Shown here piece after piece: positions 27,461 through 37,864 of a stretch of DNA of 48,988 nucleotides. Positions within the stretch are counted from its first letter, which is position 1; every line of letters starts with the position of its first letter. Made by a program: the position numbers and the translations under genes. Origin of the DNA: Trichomonas gallinae. Its lineage: Eukaryota. The notes beneath the pieces were generated by a model, which ran no database searches, was not told the DNA's origin, and saw only the letters and a list, made by a program, of their open reading frames with translations. Location of the stretch: contig MRSU01009678.1 in the NCBI GenBank assembly GCA_008369845.1, positions 1 through 48,988 on the forward strand. The letters are read 5' to 3'.

Positions 27461-29071
27461 TCATTGGAACTCAAGGTTGGAGAACTTATTAGCTAAGAAC
27501 TTGAGAATATCAATAGGATGCGAATCAGTATCGAAGAAACGCATAATTGATATAACGAAGACTGCATTTGACCTGTGGATATCTCTAGAGAATTTCTTGA
27601 TAACCCAGTGTCTGTTCTCTGGCGAGTAGTATGCGTAAACTGTTCTGCCTTCAATTCCATAAGACTCTGAGTCTATTTTTGCATAAGCAACAGGCACCAT
27701 TTCGCCTGCATTGTCTGAATAAAGCAAAGCTGAGTCGCCAGAATGAATTGTTGCTTGGAAAGGAATCAAACAGCCGACAATTGGCATAAATATTGAGCCA
27801 ATGACTGGTCCTTCGAAGGGAATAAAAGTAATTCCAGAGCAGCGAAGATTGATTTTTGATATCCAAGAATGAAGCTGATTTGCATCTTTCAGCAAACAAA
27901 GAGGACGAACAATGAACTCAACTGTTTGCTGACTGTTTGTTTTCATTGACAAATTCTCTACTACGTAATGCCAAAGATAAGCGATTCTTTGATCAATCGA
28001 AATATCTTCAAAGCGGAAAAGCCCACACTTCATAATATCTGTGAGAATGATGCTGGTTGTGCCTCCTCTCTTCTTTTGTATAACAGCTCTGCAAATTAAA
28101 GGTAATTGGCATTTTGCAATAATTGGAGCCATCCAAAGTTCTCCATTTGAGTCTAAAATGTAGCTGAATGATGATTCTGTTGATACTATGATGATATTGT
28201 TGCCTTCTGGCTCAAACGCAATTCGATATATTTTTGATTCGAAAGATTGAACTTTTTGCTGAGACCAGACTTCACTCAGATAATTTGCTGTGAAAAACTG
28301 ATATTCTGGTAATACATTTTCGGCAAATAGTCGCTTCACAAGCATAATATCAGATGGTTGACCAGGAGTTGCTCCAAGTTCTTGTATTCCTGGGAAATTG
28401 ACTTTAACATATGGAATAGGCGGTGTTCCAGCGTCAGGAGGAGGAAGTGGCGAATACCAAATTGGAAAATCTTCATCTTCAGACAAAGGAAAGTCAACTT
28501 TGAGAGTTCTCGATAAATATCTTAAAGCTTTCGTATGCAAGAACCCTGGAGGATGAATTGCGCTGATTGATGAAAATGTATTCAAAAGAATCGAAGAATC
28601 AAACTGTGCGATGGCGTGGGCGACTAAATAGCCTGGTTTGTCGTATCCACGACTTGAGTAAACTAAGAAGCAAATCGGATTTAATGTTTTTGAAGAATAT
28701 TTGTTCATAATTTGATTAAATTTATCGATTACGTTATCACAATCGCCCCAGAAAATTCGAAGTTCTTCATAATTAATGTTAACAGACTTCCATTCGTAAT
28801 CTAGCACGTAATTACCTTTTTTCGCAACATTTATAGCGACAAGTTCAGCATTTGGCGGACAAATTGCGCGAATTTGGTTTGCAGCAACAAAATAGTTCCA
28901 TCTACACTCAATTGGGAGGCATTCTGTTGTTTTCGGATTTAATGGTGTTTTCATCATGATGAAGTGCGTATTTTTCAGCTCTGGAGGTGAAAAAAGTGAG
29001 GAATGAGTAGGTGTGTGAAGCCAAAATTTTGGAATTTTCATTCTTTGGCTTGGCTCGAATTTATTCCTCAT
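27461..29071 (-). CDS. Metazoan-type bifunctional mRNA capping enzyme homologue, probably catalytically inactive
   Basis: IPKFWL..P...FIMMKTPL, LVYSSRGYDKPGYLV (aligns to VHCTHGxNRTGxL), HPPGF, YRIAFEPEG (aligns to YxVxWKADG), ILTDIM (motif IIIa), SGITFIP (motif IV, DGLIFxP) and an OB-fold-like C-terminus. ATG at 29071. Confidence 0.72.
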   Translation of the reverse strand: MRNKFEPSQRMKIPKFWLHTPTHSSLFSPPELKNTHFIMMKTPLNPKTTECLPIECRWNYFVAANQIRAICPPNAELVAINVAKKGNYVLDYEWKSVNINYEELRIFWGDCDNVIDKFNQIMNKYSSKTLNPICFLVYSSRGYDKPGYLVAHAIAQFDSSILLNTFSSISAIHPPGFLHTKALRYLSRTLKVDFPLSEDEDFPIWYSPLPPPDAGTPPIPYVKVNFPGIQELGATPGQPSDIMLVKRLFAENVLPEYQFFTANYLSEVWSQQKVQSFESKIYRIAFEPEGNNIIIVSTESSFSYILDSNGELWMAPIIAKCQLPLICRAVIQKKRGGTTSIILTDIMKCGLFRFEDISIDQRIAYLWHYVVENLSMKTNSQQTVEFIVRPLCLLKDANQLHSWISKINLRCSGITFIPFEGPVIGSIFMPIVGCLIPFQATIHSGDSALLYSDNAGEMVPVAYAKIDSESYGIEGRTVYAYYSPENRHWVIKKFSRDIHRSNAVFVISIMRFFDTDSHPIDILKFLANKFSNLEFQ

Positions 29072-29606
29072 TTGCAAATGTTAAAAAGTGACATTAGAAA
29101 CTTTCACGCCCATAAATAAAACTGACAGTAATAAGGTTAAATGTTCAATTTTTTTATCATAATACATTTTGTATATATATATGTGCTGCAATTTTTTATA
29201 CAAGCAAAACAGTTTAATAGATCAGAATTAGTGCTGGAGATTGACGATCTATCGATTACACACAAGATATGATTCATTTATTACATTTGTTATTGTTTAT
29301 GTAATAAATGATATAATTTTGAAAATGATAAAATGATTCTTACGTCCGCTATCCATTCATATATTTCCTTCATCATAGGTGGAAATGAAGTGTCAAGACA
29401 AAGAGTTATAACATTTATCAGTCATTTGATAAGATCTATTTCATAACTACAAATGCAAAATGCTGTGCATATTTGAATCAAAAAAGCGATGTCATTTAAA
29501 TGAGAGGGTAACACAACTTAGTTATGTATAGTGATGACAACTCAAAGAGAAATAAAGTTCATATGAGTCTAAAAATTTATTTAAAAAAACAAATAAGTAT
29601 AAAAAA

Positions 29607-32600
29607 TTATATCTTTGCAGCTTTTGCAATCTTCAATAGAGTGTTTTGAACTCTTTGTCTTGAGACTTCATCTCCACCTGCTATGAGGGTGAGACATGGA
29701 TAAAAAGCGGCCCTTAGCACCTTTTCATCATTTTCATGACTTTCGTCCAAATTGTCAACGAAATCCATAAATATGTTGAGCCTTGCAGGGTCTTCAACAC
29801 TCAAGTCTATTTCTTTGATAACATTCAAAACTGTTTCAAGGCAGTTAGCATTAACTGTTTCATTCTTATTTTCTCCTAAAAATCTTTGATAAAACGTGAC
29901 AAGTGTCGAAATATCTTTCGAGCATTTCACTGTCACGAACTCTCTTTGTGAGTCTGCATCAGCATCAGGAATTGTGCTTAGCAGTTTTTCGTCATCGCTC
30001 TCCAAAACAATGTTCAATCTATATAAAGTTTTGTCGTCAATAGTTGTTGTCAAAACTGTTGACAAAACCTCCTTGAGATCTTTCGCGTCTTCGTAAACAG
30101 CAGCACGTCCGCAAAGTGAGAAGAACTTAAGCTGCTGTGTGTTCGATGACTTATTGAAGCATTTAACGAGCGTGGACACGCATAAATCTCTCACAGCTTT
30201 ATTAGTGCTGCAGATGAAAACGTCTGTAAGTTTTGTAATGAAAGGCTCAAACTTGTTATCATCGAGAGGGAAGATTTTTTCGACAGCTTGTATCATGTTG
30301 CTTGGTACAATGTGGACGAGTCTGTCTGATGGGAAAACAGCAGCACACGTCACAATCATCTGTGCGAAAGGCTCACTTTGTAAATTACATGTTGAAAAGT
30401 GAGGACCGACTTTCTCCAAACATCTGCCAATAGTTCTGCCGAAAACTGAAATCAGTAACGTATTTGTATCCTTTATCTGCTTGTAGACATTGATAAGGAT
30501 CTTCAGAGAGTCCAGAAGCATATAATAAGCACGCTCAGTCAATAACTCGCAGTTGAAAAATGTTTGGTAAAAATCAAAACCGCTTGTCACCAATTCAGGG
30601 TTCTTGCATTCTATGGAAAATCTGGTCTCACTGTTGATGACAATTGGCAAGATTTTGTCGTAGAATGTTTCTATGTGCTCGCATTTGAACCAAAATCCGC
30701 AGATGAAGTGGGAGACTTCGTTCAATATCTGCATTCTTACACTTGTATAGTTATCATGCAATTTATCGAAAACTGCCATGAAATCGACAGATAATAATTC
30801 TTTAAATATATCATCTGTGATATCATTAATATTTGATGACAAAAGATTGAAGAGGGTAGTGACAGAACTTGTTGCGAGTACAACTCTTGTGTCATAGAAA
30901 ACTTCTACGATGTTTTTGAAAATGAATAACCATCTTTCTTGAGAAACGTTCAATGAGCGCTTGACTGTCCATATCAGGTCCATCGATGAGAGAGAAACGT
31001 TTATATCTACGTCTTGTTTGACGAATCCGAAAATTGTTGTGAGAAGTAATTTAATGTATTCTTCGTCAATTTGCGATAAATAGTCGTTGCAGACCATGTT
31101 TATGATCGAGTTCTGCGTGGAAAGCACGTCTGCGCTGTTTCCACAGTTTTTAGGATGAATTGATTCGAAAATCGAATTCCACCCTTTGTGAATTGCGTCA
31201 AATTTCATCTGTATGATGTTCTTGAGCTCCGTGAAAATGCTTTGAAGGCTCTCATCGTCCAAATGATTTTCGTGATTCACGATTTTATTTATTCCGTTCG
31301 TCAATGTTTCTTCTGTGTCGCTGTTGAAGCATTTGACGAGTATATCAATGAAAACCTGCAGTGCGTTTTGTCCAAATGTTTCAGATGCGATTTCTGTCAT
31401 AAAATAAACTTCAAGTCTTGGCCAGATGCTGTTGAAAATGTTGACTTCTGATACAACGAATTCTGTCATGAAAGCTTGTGGGTTGTATTTGCATGAAAGC
31501 AAAGCATCTAAGATATCTAATTTTGCGGATGTTTCATATTTGTTTGCGAATTGTGGTGTTATAGAGATATCCTCGGACGAGAATATTCCATTCATTACAT
31601 AAATCCAGTTTCCTTCAAAAATTTCTGGTGAATTCGTGATAAGATTATTAAGGAAAGGCGTCCACATTTTTTCTTTTTCGTTTAAGCAGTATAACTTGAC
31701 GTCATTTGGCGGCAAACGATGATCATCACTCAAAGCAGTCCTGTCACATATGATTCTAAACGCTTCTTTTGTAATTTTTGGTGCGCAGTACTTTTTGATG
31801 GCTTTGAGATAGATTGCTAGAGATTCGTGAATAACAGGAACAACTCTTGGCAGCATATAACGAAGAGAAACAATAATTGCGTTATTTAAGACTTTGCAGA
31901 GCTTAAGCGTGAGAATCTTTGCGTTGTCGTCTGTCATTATATCTGATATGAGTAGGAAAAGCATTTCCACGCAGTAAACAAGCGATAAATCCAAATTCAT
32001 TTGATTTAATTGTAAAGGCTTAGGAACAACATCAATTAACTCTGTTGGTTGTGACATAAGCATAACATTATTGAGTGCATCTATCAATGAAATCATGATA
32101 GAATCACCAGAATCTGATAATTTCAACATTGCTGTTACAGAAATGTTTTTTCTTAGGAGAATCGAATGTAAGAAGTAGATTGGTAGCAATGATGACTTCG
32201 ATTTCGGTCTTATTTCAGAGATAAACTCACCCAGTGTTGATGCAAATAATTGCAAAGTGTGAGGAAGCATTGTTTCGAAGAAAATCATAATGAACCTGCT
32301 TGCCTGGTGATTTGTGAGCAAGTGAATAATTGTTCCATCGAAAAGGCAGCTAAGATTGTGATCTGTTGTGATTAAATCTTTTGTTTGAATAGCCATGACC
32401 TCCAAAGTATCGTAAAGTATTTCAGGAGGCAATATTGTTGAGTCTACGAATGTCGTAGGCATTCCAAGTGTCATTCCTGTAATATCATTGATTATCATAA
32501 CAAATAAAGCCTTATAGACTTCAATGTCAGTTGCACATGAACGGTTGTACTTTATGTTGAATCTTTCTACGAAATGATTTGTTTTTTGATTATTATCGAG

Positions 32601-33104
32601 AGATTTGATTTGATCAACGAGATACGTTAGAAACTGTTGGAAAGAAGCATGTGCGTTGTGTGATATTGAGTCCTGCTTGTTCATAAACATGTGCAAATGC
32701 AGAGAAAGATAAGGTGAAACGATTTCTAGGCAAGGAAATTTTGATTTTATCTCTGAAGTCGTGAATAGAAGTAATCTTAGTGATAAGTCTATGTCGAGGA
32801 ATGCGCTTCTTGTTATAAGTGATGCCAGAATCTCGTCTAAGGCTGCTTCATCGAAACAACTGTCTGAAATTGCGTCCAAAAGAAGTGGAAACACCCCATT
32901 TGCTATTTTCGTGTAGTTTTCTGTCGACATGATAAATACAATTGCTGAAACAAACGGAGATTTCGACTCTGAAAGAGGCAATTTTTGTAATTTGTCGATA
33001 TAAGCGAGCGCATCACTACAGCACGACCGAATAGGCTCAGGGTGCCTGAATCCTGTCAATCTTTGAAGCTCTGACCTCAGAGTTTGAAAGGATTTTTTAT
33101 ACAT
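29607..33104 (-). CDS. MON2: MON2-like ARM/HEAT-repeat endosome-Golgi trafficking protein
   Basis: N-terminal QTLRSELQRL...EPIRSCCSDAL; GWNSIF, NMVCNDYL, DINVSLSSMDLIW and SVTTLFNLL match MON2/large Arf-GEF HDS motifs. No Sec7 catalytic motif seen. Confidence 0.7.
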   Translation of the reverse strand: MYKKSFQTLRSELQRLTGFRHPEPIRSCCSDALAYIDKLQKLPLSESKSPFVSAIVFIMSTENYTKIANGVFPLLLDAISDSCFDEAALDEILASLITRSAFLDIDLSLRLLLFTTSEIKSKFPCLEIVSPYLSLHLHMFMNKQDSISHNAHASFQQFLTYLVDQIKSLDNNQKTNHFVERFNIKYNRSCATDIEVYKALFVMIINDITGMTLGMPTTFVDSTILPPEILYDTLEVMAIQTKDLITTDHNLSCLFDGTIIHLLTNHQASRFIMIFFETMLPHTLQLFASTLGEFISEIRPKSKSSLLPIYFLHSILLRKNISVTAMLKLSDSGDSIMISLIDALNNVMLMSQPTELIDVVPKPLQLNQMNLDLSLVYCVEMLFLLISDIMTDDNAKILTLKLCKVLNNAIIVSLRYMLPRVVPVIHESLAIYLKAIKKYCAPKITKEAFRIICDRTALSDDHRLPPNDVKLYCLNEKEKMWTPFLNNLITNSPEIFEGNWIYVMNGIFSSEDISITPQFANKYETSAKLDILDALLSCKYNPQAFMTEFVVSEVNIFNSIWPRLEVYFMTEIASETFGQNALQVFIDILVKCFNSDTEETLTNGINKIVNHENHLDDESLQSIFTELKNIIQMKFDAIHKGWNSIFESIHPKNCGNSADVLSTQNSIINMVCNDYLSQIDEEYIKLLLTTIFGFVKQDVDINVSLSSMDLIWTVKRSLNVSQERWLFIFKNIVEVFYDTRVVLATSSVTTLFNLLSSNINDITDDIFKELLSVDFMAVFDKLHDNYTSVRMQILNEVSHFICGFWFKCEHIETFYDKILPIVINSETRFSIECKNPELVTSGFDFYQTFFNCELLTERAYYMLLDSLKILINVYKQIKDTNTLLISVFGRTIGRCLEKVGPHFSTCNLQSEPFAQMIVTCAAVFPSDRLVHIVPSNMIQAVEKIFPLDDNKFEPFITKLTDVFICSTNKAVRDLCVSTLVKCFNKSSNTQQLKFFSLCGRAAVYEDAKDLKEVLSTVLTTTIDDKTLYRLNIVLESDDEKLLSTIPDADADSQREFVTVKCSKDISTLVTFYQRFLGENKNETVNANCLETVLNVIKEIDLSVEDPARLNIFMDFVDNLDESHENDEKVLRAAFYPCLTLIAGGDEVSRQRVQNTLLKIAKAAKI

Positions 33105-33842
33105 AAAAGAACTTATATCGTTTTTGTCACTTTTTAGTCAACATCCCTTTTAATTTTTCGAAATTTTATTAATTTTAAAATTTATACAACTAGATATTCA
33201 CTTTTTACATAGAAAAAGCAAGGTTTTCAAGTAAAATTAATCTTGCCAAGGAGAAATCTAGGCAAATACACCAGGAATAACTAACACTGCTTCTTATATA
33301 GAAATTCTATAATGTTAGCTTCCCTCAATTCTAGATATATTTATGAAAATATCAAAAATCAGTTTCTGGCTATGACACTTTTGATATATTATTTGCATAT
33401 GTATATAATGATTTATATGAACATTAACAAGTCCTAATTCAACATTATCATTATGAAATAATTTATTTTTAACAAACAAATCTAATGAAGCTAATATTTT
33501 ATTTATGTGCACGTAAGGGTTCAATCTATTGCTTAATCATAAATCAAATAAAATTTCGAAAAAATAAATCTTGATTTTGCGACGATTTTTGTTTTATTAC
33601 ATTCTAAAATCTGTTGTTATTTGAATCACATGGAATAATCCGAGATTACCGAGATAAGATCAGATTCTTGAATTGAAGGTTATTGGAATTATTTTACTCG
33701 ATTATTCAATGTCACAGATATGTTTCTTGAGATAATTTTGAATGAATGCAATTAGAATTCGATTTATGAAACAAAAGATCGGTAAATTTCTAGTATTATT
33801 TACAAACATAATTTCAAAAATGTATTAAATATGAAAGTTCTC

Positions 33843-34142
33843 TCATTTCGGATAAGTACCATTGAAAGCTTTCTCTATTGAATCAATTCTCAAATTTAAT
33901 GCATCAATTTTTAATTTAACAGTAATGAGTCTGTTCTTCAAGTGATCGGTAACTTTATAAAAGTCGTCAAATGATGGATTTTCTGTTAGTTTCTTTGTTT
34001 CATTTAAATAATTTTCTAAAAGACGAATTTGCGATGATAATGCGATTTGACTTTTATAAACTGCCTTCATAGACCCAGAGCAGCTTTTTATAAGTTCCGA
34101 AATTGCATCATCCTTCTCGGTACTATTTTTATCATCACTCAT
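33843..34142 (-). CDS. Small coiled-coil protein, Snapin/BLOC-1-subunit-like
   Basis: 99 aa from the ATG at 34142. MKAVYKSQIALSSQIRLL...LKNRLITVKLKIDALNLRIDSI has the Snapin two-helix SQxxL pattern. Confidence 0.5.
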   Translation of the reverse strand: MSDDKNSTEKDDAISELIKSCSGSMKAVYKSQIALSSQIRLLENYLNETKKLTENPSFDDFYKVTDHLKNRLITVKLKIDALNLRIDSIEKAFNGTYPK

Positions 34143-34143
34143 T

Positions 34144-34429
34144 GTCACTTTTAATTGTCACATTTCAAATTGTAATATTAATTGACACTTTTTCAATTTT
34201 GTCACTTTTCGGAAATCATAACTTTTGTCACATTTATGGACACAATTTAATAAATTGTCGCCTTTAAAGGCACTTTTTAAAATGAGTTGTCATATTTACA
34301 GACACTTTTTGATATTTTTTGATTTTGTCACTTTTAAAAACGCTTTTTGTCATTTTTGTCACTTTTAAAGCCACTTTTCGATTGTCACGTTTATGACACT
34401 TTTGATTTCGTCACTTTTATGTCACTTTC
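34144..34429 (+). promoter_or_regulatory. Dense array of GTCACTTT (reverse M2/Inr-like) motifs in a divergent promoter
   Basis: Exact GTCACTTT at 34144, 34201, 34327, 34358, 34410 and 34421. Variants with 1-3 mismatches at 34157, 34184, 34227, 34239, 34257, 34269, 34289, 34301, 34349, 34370, 34384 and 34395. Confidence 0.8.
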
Positions 34430-34455
34430 CTAAAAATAAACGTGCACTTATAAAT

Positions 34456-35064
34456 ATGAACAGTATAGAAGCATTAAAATGGATTAATGAAGAAACTGGT
34501 GCTAATTTCAAATCAATAAGTGAGGTTAGATCTGGCAAGGAAGTTGCTGATTTATTAATTCGTTCAACAAATTTAAATAATTTTATTGGCGACATTAAAA
34601 TTGGACAAACTCAATACGAAAGACAAGGAAACTTCCAAACAATTCGTAAAATTATGAGGGAAGTCGGTGAAAGCTTTCCATTCATAATTAGAAATTTGTA
34701 TGAAGGCGATGAAGCAGAAATTACAAAGTTACTCAATGCTGTTAGAAGAATTGTTGAGCAGCAGAGTGGTTTACACGATGAAGTTTTAGAGTATGACAAT
34801 ATTGAGGAAGAAGATAACGAAATTGGCGAACATTCAGATGTTGAAGAACTTTTTGATGAAGTAGAGAAAGAATTACAAAACAGAATATTGATACACAACT
34901 CTATTAAGCAAGAAATAGAATATCACGCACGTGAAAGAGATTTTTACTTAAACAAACTAATGAAGATAGAACAGCTAACTAAAAAGTATCCAATGGAAGA
35001 AGTTGGAACTGTTGTTGCTGTTCTTGAAAATCCAAATAACGATTTAGCGCCAATTCAAAAATAA
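34456..35064 (+). CDS. EB1-like microtubule end-binding protein (divergent CH domain + EBH)
   Basis: ALKWINE...SISEVRSG...YERQGNFQTI is CH-like, and ERDFYLNKLMKIE is the EB1 C-terminal motif. The ORF-track start at 34393 lies inside the promoter motif array, so 34456 is preferred. Confidence 0.8.
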   Translation: MNSIEALKWINEETGANFKSISEVRSGKEVADLLIRSTNLNNFIGDIKIGQTQYERQGNFQTIRKIMREVGESFPFIIRNLYEGDEAEITKLLNAVRRIVEQQSGLHDEVLEYDNIEEEDNEIGEHSDVEELFDEVEKELQNRILIHNSIKQEIEYHARERDFYLNKLMKIEQLTKKYPMEEVGTVVAVLENPNNDLAPIQK

Positions 35065-35426
35065 TTATTGTTTAAAAATTGTTTTTATATGTTATAATAT
35101 ACATCAATCATCTATTTATTTTCATTATTTCTTAATTGATAGCTATATACTAGGATAATATCAATGTATTAGTTTTATTCTCGATTTTTTTTTCAAATTT
35201 TAATATTGATTGTGTAGAAGTGATTATTTTGAGAATATATGACTAAAAATGATGATTTCTTGTATAATTTTTTACTAATGACTAAAATCAAAAATTGAAA
35301 AATTTTAATTTTATGATTAAATGACTAAAAATCAAATATCTAGAATAGACTAGTCCAGTGGTAATACGAGATGATTAAAACAAAGTGCTTTTATTATAAT
35401 AAAAAACAAAATTTCTATAAGAAAAG

Positions 35427-36380
35427 TTATTCCTTAAAGTGCTGCAAGAGTGAGACTTGCTTCGCTATGAACTCAAAGTTTGGATGCGTTTGGATGCATG
35501 TTAATATATCTGATGAAATTAACGAAGGATTTGATCTTCTGACTTCAAGTTCCTCTGTCCTCTTGAGATCTTCAAGTGCTGATGACTTGAATGTCCTCTT
35601 TGTCTCTTCAAGAGAACTCTTAGTCTTATTAATTTTCTCTCTGAACTGTTGGGCGACGCCATCATCTGGTACTTTATTAATTTTAGTATTTATGAATCTA
35701 GTGAGCGCATTTTCTTCAGCAATGATATGTGTATGAACAAGTAATAAGCCTTCATGAGATTGTAAATCTTTCATATCTTTCATAAATGCTGGTAACTGTA
35801 TTTCTTTGGGGATATGATCCTTAAAGAACTCTGCTAATTCTTTGTTTTTCGCAAATTGTGTATTTCTGGCGGAATTTAACATATTTGCTTCGAAAAGATA
35901 CGCGTAATTCGAAATATAAGGATTAAATGAAATCAAACGGTTTGCATCACCACCCATATCGAGTCTAACATGAGAAATTTCAATGGAGGATTTAATTATT
36001 TGAATTAAGTACTGAAAAATTGTTTTAACGATTAAATCTTGAGCCTCATTATCTAACTTCATCCCGATTTTAGCTAGACGATATTGTATTAGCGTGTTTA
36101 TTGTTGTAAAGTAAGATTGAGTTGGTGAAACTTCAATTGGTGGGTTTTCTTGCTTTGTTTTCTTCGAATTAAACTTAACTGGCTGGAATGAAAACGATTC
36201 ATGAACTTTTGGTTTGACTCTCGGGAATTCTCCGGTTTTCGAAATTTTTGGCTGCTCAACGGAAAGGCCTCTCTCTGAAACAGGAATGAAGACCGAGTAC
36301 TCGTTCATGTGCAACGGTGTCTGGTTCTTAACATCAAAATAAATTGGAGCAGGACCAGATGATCTCTTTCCGTCACTCAT
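35427..36380 (-). CDS. TAF4-like histone-fold protein (tentative)
   Basis: LIQYRLAKIG..LDNEAQDLIVKTIFQYLIQIIKSSIEISHVR (helices 1-2), a long spacer with AEENAL, and terminal ISSDILTCIQ (RDLIFCLE-like) follow the TAF4 split histone-fold layout. An Inr-like TCATTTTTC precedes the ATG at 36380. Confidence 0.5.
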   Translation of the reverse strand: MSDGKRSSGPAPIYFDVKNQTPLHMNEYSVFIPVSERGLSVEQPKISKTGEFPRVKPKVHESFSFQPVKFNSKKTKQENPPIEVSPTQSYFTTINTLIQYRLAKIGMKLDNEAQDLIVKTIFQYLIQIIKSSIEISHVRLDMGGDANRLISFNPYISNYAYLFEANMLNSARNTQFAKNKELAEFFKDHIPKEIQLPAFMKDMKDLQSHEGLLLVHTHIIAEENALTRFINTKINKVPDDGVAQQFREKINKTKSSLEETKRTFKSSALEDLKRTEELEVRRSNPSLISSDILTCIQTHPNFEFIAKQVSLLQHFKE

Positions 36381-37027
36381 GAAAAATGAACACAAAGACA
36401 TTAAATATTAACCATTTCGCTCTGGATTTTAAACTATTGCTTGCTAAGCTGCTTAAATCTAATAATTTCTTGGGAAAAATATTTCATTAGCAATCTATTC
36501 TGTAATACTTGTTATACATATAGATGATTTCAATTATTTCACTTTTTACATATACTTTCTCGATGAATTCTTAAATTAAATTCGATATATTGTTTATACA
36601 AATATCTAATCAAAATATCAGTTAAACCATAACATGCTCTTGTTAACATATAATTAGGCTCAACTATTTTATGCTCAATTCATCATTAATCAATCTGAAC
36701 TAATATTTCATAGGACATATATGCTCTAGTCATACAAATTTTACAATACTCTTTCTAGTCTATTGATTTCATTAATTGTGTGAATTCGTTAAATATTTTA
36801 TTGGAAAAATTAAATTTTGTAATTTATATGATTTGAATATGATATTTATAATAAGTTGTTAATAAATGTTTAAGTGTATGATTTTAATGATCAATTTTCG
36901 ATAAAATTATTTTTTGCAAAAAAATTAATCATTTTTTAGGTAAAATTCTTGGTGATTTTGGATCTTTATGTGATGTAGTTTAAGAATATTGTGTTAATTT
37001 TGGGAATTAAAGTATGACCAAAATCAC

Positions 37028-37059
37028 AAGGGTAAAAATTACCCTTATCTCCGGCCTTT
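37028..37059 (+). promoter_or_regulatory. Ribosomal-protein promoter: AAGGGTAA/TTACCCTT palindrome plus CCTTT (M5) element
   Basis: AAGGGTAA-AAA-TTACCCTT at 37028-37046; CCTTT at 37055-37059, just before the ATG. Confidence 0.65.
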
Positions 37060-37062
37060 TCG

Positions 37063-37518
37063 ATGCCAACTCGCTTCCATAAGAACAGAAAGCTCCGTGG
37101 TTACGTTACAATGGGTTATGGTCGTGTCGGTAAGCACCGTGTTTCACCAGGTGGCCACGGTCGCGCTGGCGGTCAGCACCACCAGAGAACATGGTTCGAC
37201 CGCTTCCACCCAGGTTACTTCGGCAAGGTCGGCATGCGCCATCTCCACCTCATGAAGAACCGCGCTGATGAATACGAGCCAACAATCAATGTTGACAAGC
37301 TTTGGACACTCGTTCCAGAAGAAGTCCGCGTCAAGGCTGCCGCCGCCAAGAAGGGTGAGGCTGTCCCAGTTATCGATTGCGTTCAGAACGGTTTCTTCAA
37401 GGTCCTCGCTCGTGGTGAGCTCCCACAGATCCCATTCATCGTTCGTGCTAAGGACTTCTCTGAGGAGGCTGAGAAGAAGATTAAGGCTGCTGGTGGTGTT
37501 TGTGAAAAGGTCCAGTAA
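37063..37518 (+). CDS. RPL27A: 60S ribosomal protein L27a (uL15)
   Basis: [59 protein letters not shown]. Strong codon bias. Confidence 0.99.
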   Translation: MPTRFHKNRKLRGYVTMGYGRVGKHRVSPGGHGRAGGQHHQRTWFDRFHPGYFGKVGMRHLHLMKNRADEYEPTINVDKLWTLVPEEVRVKAAAAKKGEAVPVIDCVQNGFFKVLARGELPQIPFIVRAKDFSEEAEKKIKAAGGVCEKVQ

Positions 37519-37864
37519 AATGATATACATTACGACTACACCAACAAATTTATATAAAATAAATGATCTTCGCAATCCTTCAAAAATTTTTATTCTTAAA
37601 TTCTTATACTCCTCAATCTCTCTATAACAACAAATAATTTGGTCACTGTAATTATTGTATTTACAAAAATAAAAAATACAAACAAAGCAAAATAAAAATA
37701 GTATAACTAAAAGTTATTGTATGTCAAAGAAGTCATCTGAAACTTAGTAAACGAATAAATAATTAAATTATCTGATGTGAAATAAATGAAGTTGTAAATA
37801 GCTTTGCTATGAAGACTGCTATATAATCAACTAATGAATGAGATTGAATTGAAAAATATTTTCG

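Noticed and set aside
33278..33292. ACTAAC branch-point-like sequences (also ~27365 and ~24277) as introns
   Set aside because: None is followed by the closely spaced AG of the trichomonad ACTAACACACAG-type 3' motif, and no CDS needs splicing.
34144..34429. CRISPR-like repeat/spacer array
   Set aside because: The repeats are only 8-9 bp, degenerate and irregularly spaced. There are no cas genes, and the context is a eukaryotic promoter.
37144..37627. Antisense 143-aa and shifted 119-aa ORFs over RPL27a; likewise 21753..22115 over the nitroreductase
   Set aside because: These are shadow ORFs expected from strong codon bias, with no independent protein features.
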